Positions 50,773-63,574 of a stretch of 64,000 nucleotides of DNA are shown here, piece after piece (position 1 is the first letter of the stretch; every line of letters begins with the position of its first letter). The stretch is from Nemertoderma westbladi. Its lineage: Eukaryota; Animalia; Xenacoelomorpha. The stretch covers positions 1 to 64,000 of the forward strand of contig JAUCBJ010001088.1 in assembly GCA_032718475.1 (NCBI GenBank), in the 5' to 3' direction. Under the pieces are notes generated by a model that saw only the letters and a program-made list of their open reading frames with translations, was not told the DNA's origin and did no database searches. The position numbers were made by a program, and so were the translations under genes.

Positions 50773-53700
50773 AATTAGAAGGATCTTACCTACAACCCTG
50801 CCACTATAATACCAGTAGTCCAGGCCTTCGGTAAGTATCCAATTAGAAGGATCTTACGTACAACCCTGCCTCTTGTACAGGTACTATAATACCAGTAGTC
50901 AGGCCTTCGGTAAGTATTCAATTAGAAGGATCTTACCTCCAACCCTGCCTCTTGTACAGGTACTATAATACCAGTAGTCCAGGCCTTCGGTAAGTATCCA
51001 ATTAGAAGGATCTTACCTTAACTACCCTGCCTCTTGTACAAGTACTATAATACCAGTAGTCCAGGCCTTCGGTAAGTATCCAATTAGAAGTATCTTACCT
51101 TAACTACCCTGCCTCTTGTACAGGTACTATAATACCAGTAGTCCAGGCCTTCGGTAAGTATCCAATTAGAAGGATCTTACCTACAACCCTGCCTCTTGTA
51201 CAGGTACTATAATACCAGTAGTCCAGGCCTTCGGTAAGTATCCAATTAGAAGGATCTTACCTACAACCCTGCCTCTTGTACAGGTACTATAATACCAGTA
51301 GTCCAGGCCTTCGGTAAGTATCCAATTAGAAGGATCTTACCTACAACCCTACCACTTGTACAGGTACTATAATACCAGTAGTCCAGGCCTTCGGTAAGTA
51401 TCCAATTAGAAGGATCTTACCTACAACCCTGCCTCTTGTACAGGTACTATAATACCAGTAGTCCAGGCCTTCGGTAGGTATCCAATTAGAAGGATCTTAC
51501 CTACTACCCTGCCTCTTGTACAGGTACTATAATACCAGTAGTCCAGGCCTTCGGTAAGTCCAATTAGAAGGATCTTACCTACAACCTTGCCTCTTGTACA
51601 GGTACTATAATACCAGTAGTCCAGGCCTTCGGTAAGTATCCAATTAGAAGGATCTTACCTACAACCCTGCCACTTGTACAGGTACTATAATACCAGTAGT
51701 CCAGGCCTTCGGTAAGTATCCAATTAGAAGGATCTTACCTACTACCCTGCCTCATGTACAGGTACTATAATACCAGTAGTCCAGGCCTTCGGTAAGTATC
51801 CAATTAGAAGGATCTTACCTACAACCCTGCCCCTTGTACAGGTACTACTGTATAATACCAGTAGTCCAGGCCTTCGGTAAGTATCCAATTAGAAGGATCT
51901 TACCTACAACCCTACCACTTGTACAGGTACTATAATACCAGTAGTCCAGGCCTTCGGTAAGTATCCAATTAGAAGGATCTTACCTACAACCCTGCCACTT
52001 GTACAGGTACTATAATACCAGTAGTCCAGGCCTTCAGTAAGTATCCAATTAGAAGGATCTTACCTACAACCCTGCCTCTTGTACAGGTACTATAATACCA
52101 GTAGTCCAGGCCTTCGGTAAGTATCCAATTAGAAGGATCTTACCTACTACCCTGCCACTTGTACAGGTACTATAATACCAGTAGTCCAGGCCTTCGGTAA
52201 GTATCCAATTAGAAGGATCTTACCTACTACCCTGCCTCTTGTACAGGTACTATAATACCAGTAGTCCAGGCCTTTGGTAAGTATCCAATTAGAAGGATCT
52301 TACCTACAACCCTGCCACTTGTACAGGTACTATAATACCAGTAGTCCAGGCCTTCGGTAAGTATCCTATTAGAAGGATCTTACTTACAACCCTGCCACTT
52401 GTACAGGTACTAAAATACCAGTAGTCCAGGCCTTCGGTAAAAATCCAATTAGAAGGATCTTACCTACAACCATGCCACTTGTAAAGGTACTATAATACCA
52501 GTAGTCCAGGCCTTCAGTAAGTATCCAATTAGAAGGATCTGACCTACAACCCTGCCTCTTGTACAGGTACTATAATACCTGTAGTCCAGGCCTTCGGTAA
52601 GTATCCTATTAGAAGGATCTTACCTTAACTACCCTGCCACTTGTACAGGTACTATAATACCAGTAGTCCAGGCCTTCGGTAGGTATCCAATTAGAAGGAT
52701 CTTACCTACTACCCTGCCTCTTGTACAGGTACTATAATACCAGTAGTCCAGGCCTTTGGTAAGTATTCAATTAGAAGGATCTTACCTACAACCCTGCCAC
52801 TTGTACAGGTACTAAAATACCAGTAGTCCAGGCCTTCGGTAAGTATCCAATTAGAAGGATCTTACCTACAACCCTGTCACTTGTACAGGTACTATATTAC
52901 CAGTAGTCCAGGCCTTCGGTAAGTATCCTATTAGAAGGATCTTACTTACAACCCTGCCACTTGTACAGGTACTAAAATACCAGTAGTCCAGGCCTTCGGT
53001 AAGTATCCAATTAGAAGGATCTTACCTACTACCCTGCCACTTGTACAGGTACTATAATACCAGTAGTCCTGGCCTTCGGTAAGTATCCAATTAGAAGGAT
53101 CTTACCTACTACCCTGTCACTTGTACAGGTACTATAATACCAGTAGTCCTGGCCTTCGGTAAGTATCCAATTAGAAGGATCTTACCTACTACCCTGCCAC
53201 TTGTACAGGTACTATAATACCAGTAGTCCAGGCCTTTGGTAAGTATCCAATTAGAAGGATCTTACCTACAACCCTACCACTTGTACAGGTACTATAATAC
53301 CAGTAGTCCAGGCCTTCGGTAAGTATCCAATTAGAAGGATCTTATCTACAACCCTGCCACTTGTACAGGTACTATAATACCAGTAGTCCAGGCCTTCGGT
53401 AAGTCCAATTAGAAGGATCTTACCTACAACCTTGCCTCTTGTACAGGTACTATAATACCAGTAGTCCAGGCCTTCGGTAAGTATCCAATTAGAAGGATCT
53501 TACCTACAACCCTGCCACTTGTACAGGTACTATAATACCAGTAGTCCAGGCCTTCGGTAAGTATCCAATTAGAAGGATCTTACCTACTACCCTGCCTCAT
53601 GTACAGGTACTATAATACCAGTAGTCCAGACCTTCGGTAAGTATCCTATTAGAAGGATCTTACCTACAACCCTGCCTCTTGTACAGGTACTATAGTACCA

Positions 53701-56700
53701 GTAGTCCTGGCCTTCGGTAAGTATCCAATTAGAAGGATCTTACCTACTACCCTGCCACTTGTACAGGTACTATAATACCAGTAGTCCTGGCCTTCAGTAA
53801 GTATCCAATTCGAAGGATCTTACCTACTACCCTGCCACTTGTACAGGTACTATAATACCAGTAGTCCTGGCCTTCGGTAGGTATCCAATTAGAAGGATCT
53901 TACCTACTACCCTGCCTCTTGTACAGGTACTATAATACCAGTAGTCCAGGCCTTTGGTAAGTATTCAATTAGAAGGATCTTACCTACAACCCTGCCACTT
54001 GTACAGGTACTAAAATACCAGTAGTCCAGGCCTTCGGTAAGTATCCAATTAGAAGGATCTTACCTACAACCCTGTTACTTGTACAGGTAGTATATTACCA
54101 GTAGTCCAGGCCTTCGGTAAGTATCCTATTAGAAGGATCTTACTTACAAACCTGCCACTTGTACAGGTACTAAAATACCAGTAGTCCAGGCCTTCGGTAA
54201 AAATCAAATTAGAAGGATCTTACCTACAACCATGCCACTTGTAAAGGTACTATAATACCAGTAGTCCAGGCCTTCGGTAAGTATCCAATTAGAAGGATCT
54301 GACCTACAACCCTGCCTCTTGTACAGGTACTATAATACCTGTAGTCCAGGCCTTCGGTAAGTATCCTATGAGAAGGATCTTACCTTAACTACCCTGCCAC
54401 TTGTACAGGTACTATAATACCAGTAGTCCAGGCCTTCGGTAGGTATCCAATTAGAAGGATCTTACCTACTACCCTGCCTCTTGTACATGTACTATAATAC
54501 CAGTAGTCCAGGCATTTGGTAAGTATTCAATTAGAAGGATCTTACCTACAACCCTGCCACTTGTACAGGTACTAAAATACCAGTAGTCCAGGCCTTCGGT
54601 AAGTATCCAATTAGAAGGATCTTACCTACTACCCTGCCACTTGTACAGGTACTATAATACCAGTAGTCCAGGCCTTCGGTAAGTATCCAATTAGAAGGAT
54701 CTTACCTACAACCCTGTCACTTGTACAGGTACTATATTACCAGTAGTCCAGGCCTTCGGTAAGTATCCTATTAGAAGGATCTTACTTACAACCCTGCCAC
54801 TTGTACAGGTACTAAAATACCAGTAGTCCAGGCCTTCGGTAAGTATCCAATTAGAAGGATCTTACCTACAACCCTACCACTTGTACAGGTACTATAATAC
54901 CAGTAGTCCAGGCCTTCGGTAAGTATCCAATTAGAAGGATCTTACCTACAACCCTGCCACTTGTACAGGTACTATAATACCAGTAGTCCTGGCCTTCAGT
55001 AAGTATCCAATTAGAAGGATCTTACCTACAACCCTGCCTCTTGTACAGGTACTATAATACCAGTAGTCCAGGCCTTCGGTAAGTATCCAATTAGAAGGAT
55101 CTTACCTACAACCCTGCCACTTGTACAGGTACTATAATACCAGTAGTCCAGGCCTTCGGTAAGTATCCAATTAGAAGGATCTTACCTACAACCCTGCCAC
55201 TTGTACAGGTACTATAATACCAGTAGTCCAGGCCTTTGGTAAGTATCCAATTAGAAGGATCTTACCTACTACCCTGCCACTCCAGGTACTACAGTATAAT
55301 ACCAGTTGTCCAGGCCTTCGGTAAGTATCCAATTAGAAGGATCTTACCTACAACCCTGCCACTTGTACATGTACTATAATACCAGTAGCCCAGGCCTTCT
55401 GTAAGTATCCTATTAGAAGGATCTTACCTACTACCCTGCCACTCCAGGTACTACAGTATAATACCAGTTGTCCAGGCCTTTGGTAAGTATCATATTAGAA
55501 GGATCTTACCTACAACCCTGCCTCTTGTACAGGTACTATAATACTAGTAGTCCAGGCCTTCGGTAAGTATCCAATTAGAAGGATCTTACCTACAACCCTG
55601 CCACTTGTACAGGTACTATAATACCAGTAGTCTAGGCCTTCGGTAAGTATCCAATTAGATGGATCTTACCTATACAACCCTGCCACTTGTACAGGTACTA
55701 TAATACCAGTAGTCCAGCCTTCGGTAAGTATCCAATTAGAAGGATCTTACCTACAACCCTGCCTCTTGTACAGGTACTACTATAATACCAGTAGTCCAGG
55801 ACTTCGGTAAGTATCCAATTAGAAGGATCCTACCTACAACCCTGCTACTTGTACAGGTACTATAATACCAGTAGTCCAGGCCTTCGGTAAGTATCCAATT
55901 AGAAGGATCTTACCTACAACCCTACCACTTATACAGGTACTATAATACCCGTAGTCCAGGCCTTCGGTAAGTATCCAATTAGAAGGATCTTACCTACAAC
56001 CCTACCACTTATACAGGTACTATAATACCAGTAGTCCAGGCCTTCGGTAAGTATCCAATTAGAAGGATCTTACCTACAACCCTACCACTTGTACAGGTAC
56101 TATAATACCAGTAGTCCAGACCTTCGGTAAGTATCCAATTAGAAGGATCTTACCTACAACCCTACCACTTGTACAGGTACTATAATACCAGTAGTCCAGG
56201 CCTTCGGTAAGTATCCAATTAGAAGGATCTTACCTACAACCCTACCACTTGTACAGGTACTATAATACCAGTAGTCCAGGCCTTCGGTAAGTATCCAATT
56301 AGAAGGATCTTACCTACAACCCTACCACTTGTACAGGTACTATAATACCAGTAGTCCAGGCCTTCGGTAAGTATCCAATTAGAAGGATCTTACCTACAAC
56401 CCTACCACTTATACAGGTACTATAATACCAGTAGTCCAGGCCTTCGGTAAGTATCCAATTAGAAGGATCTTACCTACAACCTTGCCTCTTGTACAGGTAC
56501 TATAATACCAGTAGTCCAGGCCTTCGGGTACTATAATACCAGGCGATATCTCCTTTGCAGAAGTGAAGGCTGCTGCAAAGAGCATTAAGACCAATCGTGC
56601 CAGTGGAGTAGATGGTGTTCCCCCTGAGGTCTTTAAAATACCTGAGTGTTTAAAGCTCATCTATCCCATCATAGTAGACATGTACCGTACAACAAGAGTC

Positions 56701-59269
56701 CCCCAAGAAATGAAAACAAATAAGTTGGTGCCAGTTCCCAAGAAGGGCAACCTAACACTCTATGGTTCTTTTCGGGGAATCTCATTGATCTCGATTGCTG
56801 CAAAGCTATACAATAGGATTCTATTAAATCGCATCAGGGATCCCATTGAGAGACTGCTCCGTGGAAATCAGAATGGGTTCCGTAAAGGTCGTGGGACCAT
56901 GGAGCCCATTTTGGCACTTAGAAGGATAATTGAAGAATTTTCAAAAAAGAAAGACAGGCATCTGGCTGTTATCTTTGTTGACTTCTTCAAGGCCTTTGAT
57001 TCAGTCTCTCGCTCATGTATGTTCAGCATACTTTCATTATATGGGATTCCTGATGAAATTATTGCAGCAATCAGATCAGTATACGATGGTTCGACAACAT
57101 TTGTGTCTACTGTTGACGGTGACACAGAACCATTTGAAGTGTTATGGGGCGTCCTCCAAGGAGACACACTTGCACCATTCTTATTCATTATTGTGGTTGA
57201 CTATGTTCTACGCATGTCCTTAGATCATCATAATGATGATGGGGTGATGATAACTCCACCTACTGGCTCCAGAAGTCGAGGAAATCCTGCCAAGTACCTA
57301 ACTGATCTAGACTTTGCTGATGACTTAGGAGTACTCTCAGAATCATTAGAGGGAGCCCAACGGCTCCTCAGCTCATTAGAACATGCTGCTTCTAGTGTTG
57401 GTCTTTTTATTAACTCCAGAAAGACCAAAATTCTGACGGTTAACTTTGAAAGTCCTCAGCAAGTCTGTGATCGGATGAGCATAAGCTCAAAGGATGGTAT
57501 GCTTGAGCATGTCGACGACTTCTGTTACCTGGGATCATGGATCCGGAAGTCAGGTGAGGACCTTCGAATACGTAAGGGAAAGGCATGGTCAGCCTTGAAT
57601 AGGCTTTCCAGGATATGGAAGTCACCGAGAATTAATCGGAAACTTAAGGTCCGATTATTTAGAGCAGCAGTAGTTCCAGTACTCCTCTACGGGAGTCCAT
57701 GCTGGGCTCTAACTGCTGAGGACACCAAATCTCTGGATGGCACATTCACAAGAATGCTACGCCGGGTTCATTGTGTCAAGTACAATGCACACATCTCCAA
57801 CCAGACACTATATAACATTGGAGGTGTCTCATTGGTTCCCCCAAGCTTGACACTAGAACAAAATCGCCTCCGCTTTGCAGGACATTGCTTTCGCCGTGAG
57901 GACCAGCCAGTGCATAATCTTGTACTTTGGCAGCCTCATGGAGTGAATAAGCATGGTGGACAGCCCATGACTTTCTTGAGACGCATCTTAAAGGACACTG
58001 GCCTTAAAGATGCGGATGATCTAGCAAATGTCATGGGTGATAGGGAGTTGTGGCGGTGCAATTTTGTTGACAAGCCGGCACAGCATTCTTAAAAATGCAG
58101 CTGCAATGCAGCATGCCGATCCTAGTAGTATAATACCAGTAGTCCAGGCCTTCGGTAAGTATCCAATTAGAAGGATCTTATCTACAACCCTGCCACTTGT
58201 ACAGGTACTATAATACCAGTAGTCCAGGCCTTCGGTAAGTATCCTATTAGAAGGATCTTACCTACAACCCTGCCTCTTGTACAGGTACTATAGTACCAGT
58301 AGTGCTGGCCTTCGGTAAGTATCCAATTAGAAGGATCTTACCTACTACCCTGCCACTTGTACAGGTACTATAATACCAGAAGTCCAGGCCTTCGGTAAGT
58401 ATCCAATTAGAAGGATCTTACCTACAACCCTGCCACTTGTACAGGTACTATAATACCAGTAGTCCAGGCCTTCGGTAAGTATCCAATTAGAAGGATCTTA
58501 CCTACAACCCTGCCACTTGTACAGGTACTATAATACCAGTAGTCCAGGCCTTCGGTAAGTATCCAATTAGAAGGATCTTACCTACTACCCTGCCTCATGT
58601 ACAGGTACTATAATACCAGTAGTCCAGACCTTCGGTAAGTATCCTATTAGAAGGATCTTACCTACAACCCTGCCTCTTGTACAGGTACTATAGTACCAGT
58701 AGTCCTGGCCTTCGGTAAGTATCCAATTAGAAGGATCTTACCTACTACCCTGCCACTTGTACAGGTACTATAATACCAGTAGTCCTGGCCTTCGGTAAGT
58801 ATCCAATTAGAAGGATCTTACCTACTACCCTGCCACTTGTACAGGTACTATAATACCAGTAGTCCAGGCCTTTGGTAAGTATTCAATTAGAAGGATCTTA
58901 CCTACAACCCTGCCACTTGTACAGGTACTAAAATACCAGTAGTCCAGGCCTTCGGTAAGTATCCAATTAGAAGGATCTTACCTACAACCATGCCACTTGT
59001 AAAGGTACTATAATACCAGTAGTCCAGGCCTTCGGTAAGTATCCAATTAGAAGGATCTGACCTACAACCCTGCCTCTTGTACAGGTACTATAATACCTGT
59101 AGTCCAGGCCTTCGGTAAGTATCCTATTAGAAGGATCTTACCTTAACTACCCTGCCACTTGTACAGGTACTATAATACCAGTAGTCCAGGCCTTCGGTAG
59201 GTATCCAATTAGAAGGATCTTACCTACTACCCTGCCTCTTGTACATGTACTATAATACCAGTAGTCCAG
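50773..59269. repeat. 80-bp satellite array (~72 + ~14 units), interrupted by an RTE LINE
   Basis: Unit CTACAACCCTGCCACTTGTACAGGTACTATAATACCAGTAGTCCAGGCCTTCGGTAAGTATCCAATTAGAAGGATCTTAC. Confidence 0.98.
56543..58128 (+). mobile_element. 5'-truncated RTE-clade LINE with open RT frame
   Basis: ORF 56563-58092: QNGFRKGRG, FVDFFKAFDSV, GVLQGDTLAPFLF, DFADD, FCYLGS, RLRFAGH; very short 3' UTR, TAGTAG tail; flanked by TATAATACCAG on both sides; no endonuclease domain. Confidence 0.93.
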
Positions 59270-60378
59270 ATGGTGTCCAGATGGAGTAGTCCATGGTTCA
59301 AATAATACGTTTTTAAAATTATTCCTAGATTAATTTATCGATATATTTGTACTTACTGTAGCCAAGTTACAACAGTACCAACAAAATCATCTTTACCACT
59401 TTTTAATTACCTGTAATGTTTCTCGAGTATTTTTTTCTAGTAGTTTTTTTCTCAGTATTACCAGTGTCACTTTCGTTGCCGCTACATCTCTGCTTTAGCG
59501 GTTTCCAAATTTTTTACTTTCTCTCTGGCTGAGACTTGCTAGAATTTTTGACTGACTTAATTTCTAGTCATGTCTCGAATTCCGTTAGACTTTATATATT
59601 TAATACTGGGGGGTGATTTTAGAAATTTTTTTGTAAACCTTCTGTATCTTTCAGTCAGGTTTGTTGGGAAAATCAAAATTGACGTTTCCTAAAATTTAAT
59701 GGGCTATCCAACAGCCAAAACGCCATTTACATGGCTATGCTAGTTTTCGTGCTGTGGTCCCTTTCTGGCACCCATCACTAGTTTTTTTCGTGTAAACATT
59801 TTCAAAATTTTTTTGGCTAACTAACATAAATTTATTTGCAGTATATAACGGTTTTTAGGAAGCTGATCACGAATATGACACTGAAATATATCGTATATTG
59901 AAGATTAGGGCATTTTTGTATGTGTGTCAATGTGCTCACGAAAAATACAATTAGCACACATTTGATAATCAAAAATCATAACCAAATCAACCTGATTATT
60001 AGATATTATGGGTTAACTAGTACGCTGATAACGAATATGACACCCAAAAATATCGTATTATCCATCCAAATTCTATTTTTGACGTTTGAAATTTTATGCT
60101 ACTTGCATTTTTCGTCCCGCCAGACAAGCACCAAAAATGATAGAACCGCGAATAATTTTTTAACGAGTTGTATCATGATTAGCGGCCTTGAAAACCAGTA
60201 TAGTTTCAGAATTACCAAACCAAAGGCAACATTTAACAGTTTATAATTTTGTGCTTCTTGTACTTTTCGTTCTGGGGCACCAGAATGGCACCAAAAATGG
60301 ATTTGCATTACCGGAAATATTTATAACTAGTGTCATCGTGATCAGCGATGACAGCGATCTACTTATTATCCGAAGCAA

Positions 60379-60504
60379 GGACAATTCCGACTCGGACAAT
60401 TCCGAATCGGACAATTCCTACCCGGACAATTCCGACCCGGACATTTCCGACATATGTCGGAATTTTCCGGGTCGGAATTGTCGGGTTCGGAATTGTCCGG
60501 ATCC
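60379..60504. repeat. Foldback array of 15-bp CGGACAATTCCGACC motifs (MITE-like)
   Basis: Five direct copies then three inverted copies around the perfect palindrome TTCCGACATATGTCGGAA (60445-60462); degenerate copies at 60765-60862. Confidence 0.75.
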
Positions 60505-60861
60505 AAATAAATAAAAATAATGTTTTAGAACATTTCAAAAACCGTAGCAAAGACTTTACCTATACTGTAGTATGAAAATTTCGGTGGGTGATGGTGGTTT
60601 GCCCAAAACACACTATAATGCCGAATATATTCTATTCGAAAAGTATTATGTAACTATAAAATTACATAGCAAGCGTGTCGAACGAATAATATCCATGGAC
60701 ACAGCCTCAATGTAATGTTAAATAGAATTATTTTTTATTATCATTATTATTTTTAAATTATTTGGGTTGGAATTGTCCTATGCTGGATCCGGTCAATTCC
60801 GACCCATGAAAATTTTATTCGATCTTTGAGTGGGTCGGACTAGTTGAGGTCGCAATTATCC

Positions 60862-61052
60862 GGAGCAGTTGGATTGGGCTGCGGCTGGTGGAAGGGTGGA
60901 GCTGGAGCCACAGCGGGTGGTATAGGGAGGATCAGTTGAATTGGGCTGAGGCTGTTGGAAGGGTGGAGCTGGAGCCACATGGGTGGTATAAGGAGGAGCA
61001 GTTTGATTGGGCTGAGGCTAGTGGGAGGGTGGAGCTGGAGTCACAGTGGGTG
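60862..61052. repeat. G-rich 66-67-bp tandem repeat, 3 copies
   Basis: GGAGCAGTTGGATTGGGCTG...GGGTGGAGCTGGAGCCACA repeated at 60862, 60929 and 60995. Confidence 0.85.
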
Positions 61053-63127
61053 TATTTGATTCACTACATTAGCCGAAGCCAGTCTATGCGCGACCATTCA
61101 CCCGTTGGATATACCCGGGAGACTGGATTCGGAAGCTTAATCGTATTGCTATGTAGGCCTACTGTATTATTCGACTGATCGTAATATATATCTCTGACAA
61201 ATATTATTCACTTTCGGGAAATATTAACAGTTCCTTTAGGACGTGGCGTTCTAACTATATAAACAGAGCTATGACTTAAACTAGACACAACGATATGGCT
61301 ATAGATTCACGTATATGGCGCATTCTTTAGGAGATGCTTTGTTATCAGTCTCAATCATACACACTGCTGCACAATACTGCACACCGATCTGCCGACCTTC
61401 ACTAATTTTAGTCATATATAAAGAGAACAATGCCTGATTCATGTAGGGCCTATGAAATAACATTAGATTCACTTCAAAACCACTTTAATGTAAGTCGCAA
61501 TCGTTATATGTAACCGGTCTCTCTTACCTGCAGTATATCAAGAAGATGGAGGGTTTGTTATTATTTATCGATATTCCAAATATAATATTCCATCAACTGA
61601 TATAATGAATAACCGACAGCAAATAGCAGTATAATAAACCGTAAGTTAAGAGATTAAGCACTGGTATGTATGATGAGTTAAGTTAAGATTGGATTGATAA
61701 CATATATACGTTCTTTAATTAAGCCTACTAATGTTGGGCTAAAGCCTGAAAACACAGAGATTCCAAAGCCGGTCTTCTGGCTGCTGGAAAAAAGGTAAAC
61801 ATAAACCGTAATGCATTGCGCGATTTCTCGGAGGTTTCTGTACAAAAAGCAAGAGAATCGCTCTGATTGGTTGAGTGATTGCACAGAGTGGGCCTAAACA
61901 AAGAAACTTCCACGAGTACATCAAATCAGCTGATAGATGTCGTAATCTGAACTACACTGTGTAGAGAGTATTATCCCGCATTGCGGCATAAGATTGCTAG
62001 TTATGTCCACCAAAGTACACATACAGAAAAATAGCTTTTTATGTCCACTAAATACCGGTACAGTAATGAAACGGCTTTTATGTCCGTTAAAACATCTATA
62101 GAGTACTTTGCGGGGAAAAAATGACTAGCTAATCCCGCAAAAGCTTTTACACCGCTCCCAGAAAATGGGATTTAATTCTATAAAATATAAAAAATCACAG
62201 TTTCTCAAATATAAAAATACTCTAAACAGTTAGTTTTTCTTGCGCGGACGGCGTTTACGCAGTTTTTTGAGGCTAGCAAGAGTCCTTTTCTCTTTGGGGC
62301 GAGCCACTTTACTATGAGGGCTGTAACTCCTGGGTGAAGGGTGCAATACAATTGCATCAGAAGGTTTAGGATTATGGTCGGTGTCTCACCCATTTCGATA
62401 TGCTTATCCTCGAGCTGATTTTCCTCCGCTTATCGTTGGATGCGTTCGTCCAAAACTCTTGCAGAGAATAGGGTCGTCCAAGTTCGATATCCTCTTAGAG
62501 ATTCTGAATTTCCTGATCGAACTGAGATAAAGTTAATTCGTTTATCGCTTGGACTTGCTACTGCAATTTACGTTTCTCTAAACCATTGTAGGTTCATTTT
62601 CAGATCTTTTGATGAATAGTGTCCAACGCATTTCGTATAACTCTTTCCTCCGCCTCGGTGACAGGTTGTATCGGGTTAAACAGGGACGATGATGGGACGG
62701 CGTCCCAATCCGACTAAGTAAGATGGGTGAATATTTAAGGGAGCCCACAACCGGAGTGCCACCGACTAACTGTTCGGGTAACGTAACACTAGATCTTTGA
62801 ACAGTGAGTACAGTTCGAGAGGATCCATGATACTATTAGGATCAAGAGTCATGAGGTCTAAATAGGGAATGATGAGGTCTGACCGAGTATTCTGGTACTC
62901 TGATCATAGGTTTATTTAAGGATCGCTTGAGTCGAGCGAGCGTAGGTGATACATCGAACAAGTTTCGCTCAAAACTCCCGTAAATATAGCGAGTAAAACC
63001 GTGTTTAAAGCAACGTCTCCGCGGATGTTTATGTCTTTCCGCTTATTGGTTGGGTCCCGGGCATTCATTGCAATAATACCAAAGACGCACGTCTTGTAGG
63101 AGAAACGCGGGTGATATTTATTCGGTT

Positions 63128-63574
63128 TTACAATGTTTCTCTTAAGAATTCCAAATATACGTTGGAGTTACCGCGTTTATCCGGTTCTTTAACGTCTTCT
63201 CTTTCGAGTCGATTTCGAATAGAATTTTCGCATTCGATTCTCAATTTATCGTTCCGACTCCGCTGGGTATGATATTTAAATAGGACCATTTCCCTTACGG
63301 TGTCTATATCGTCCGTATCGTGTAGGTCGATAGGATGACCAGTAGTTAAGAAGTCCCTATACGTACCATTACGATGCGTATAGCGAGCGGTGAATTTTCT
63401 ATAGTCCAACTCACGCGTGAGCTGCTCTTGGGACATTGGCGGTTCGATATAACGACCATCGTCCTCTGCAGCAGTTGGACCAGCATCGCCGCGTATTAAG
63501 CTATCAACAAACGCCTGCAACGGTAGAGTATATCGTTCCCTGACACCAAGATCATCTTCTATCAACTCAGTCAT
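63128..63574 (-). CDS. Hypothetical 148-aa protein, possibly the start of a decayed longer gene
   Basis: ATG-initiated, non-repetitive, charged ORF with higher GC than the AT-rich sequence upstream of it. No homology recognised. Confidence 0.35.
   Translation of the reverse strand: MTELIEDDLGVRERYTLPLQAFVDSLIRGDAGPTAAEDDGRYIEPPMSQEQLTRELDYRKFTARYTHRNGTYRDFLTTGHPIDLHDTDDIDTVREMVLFKYHTQRSRNDKLRIECENSIRNRLEREDVKEPDKRGNSNVYLEFLRETL

Noticed and set aside
50773-59269. Twister or hammerhead ribozyme in the 80-bp unit
   Set aside because: TAA, GTCC and GAAGG fragments are present, but their spacing and the second pseudoknot do not fit twister, and there is no CTGANGA core. An Infernal search would settle it.
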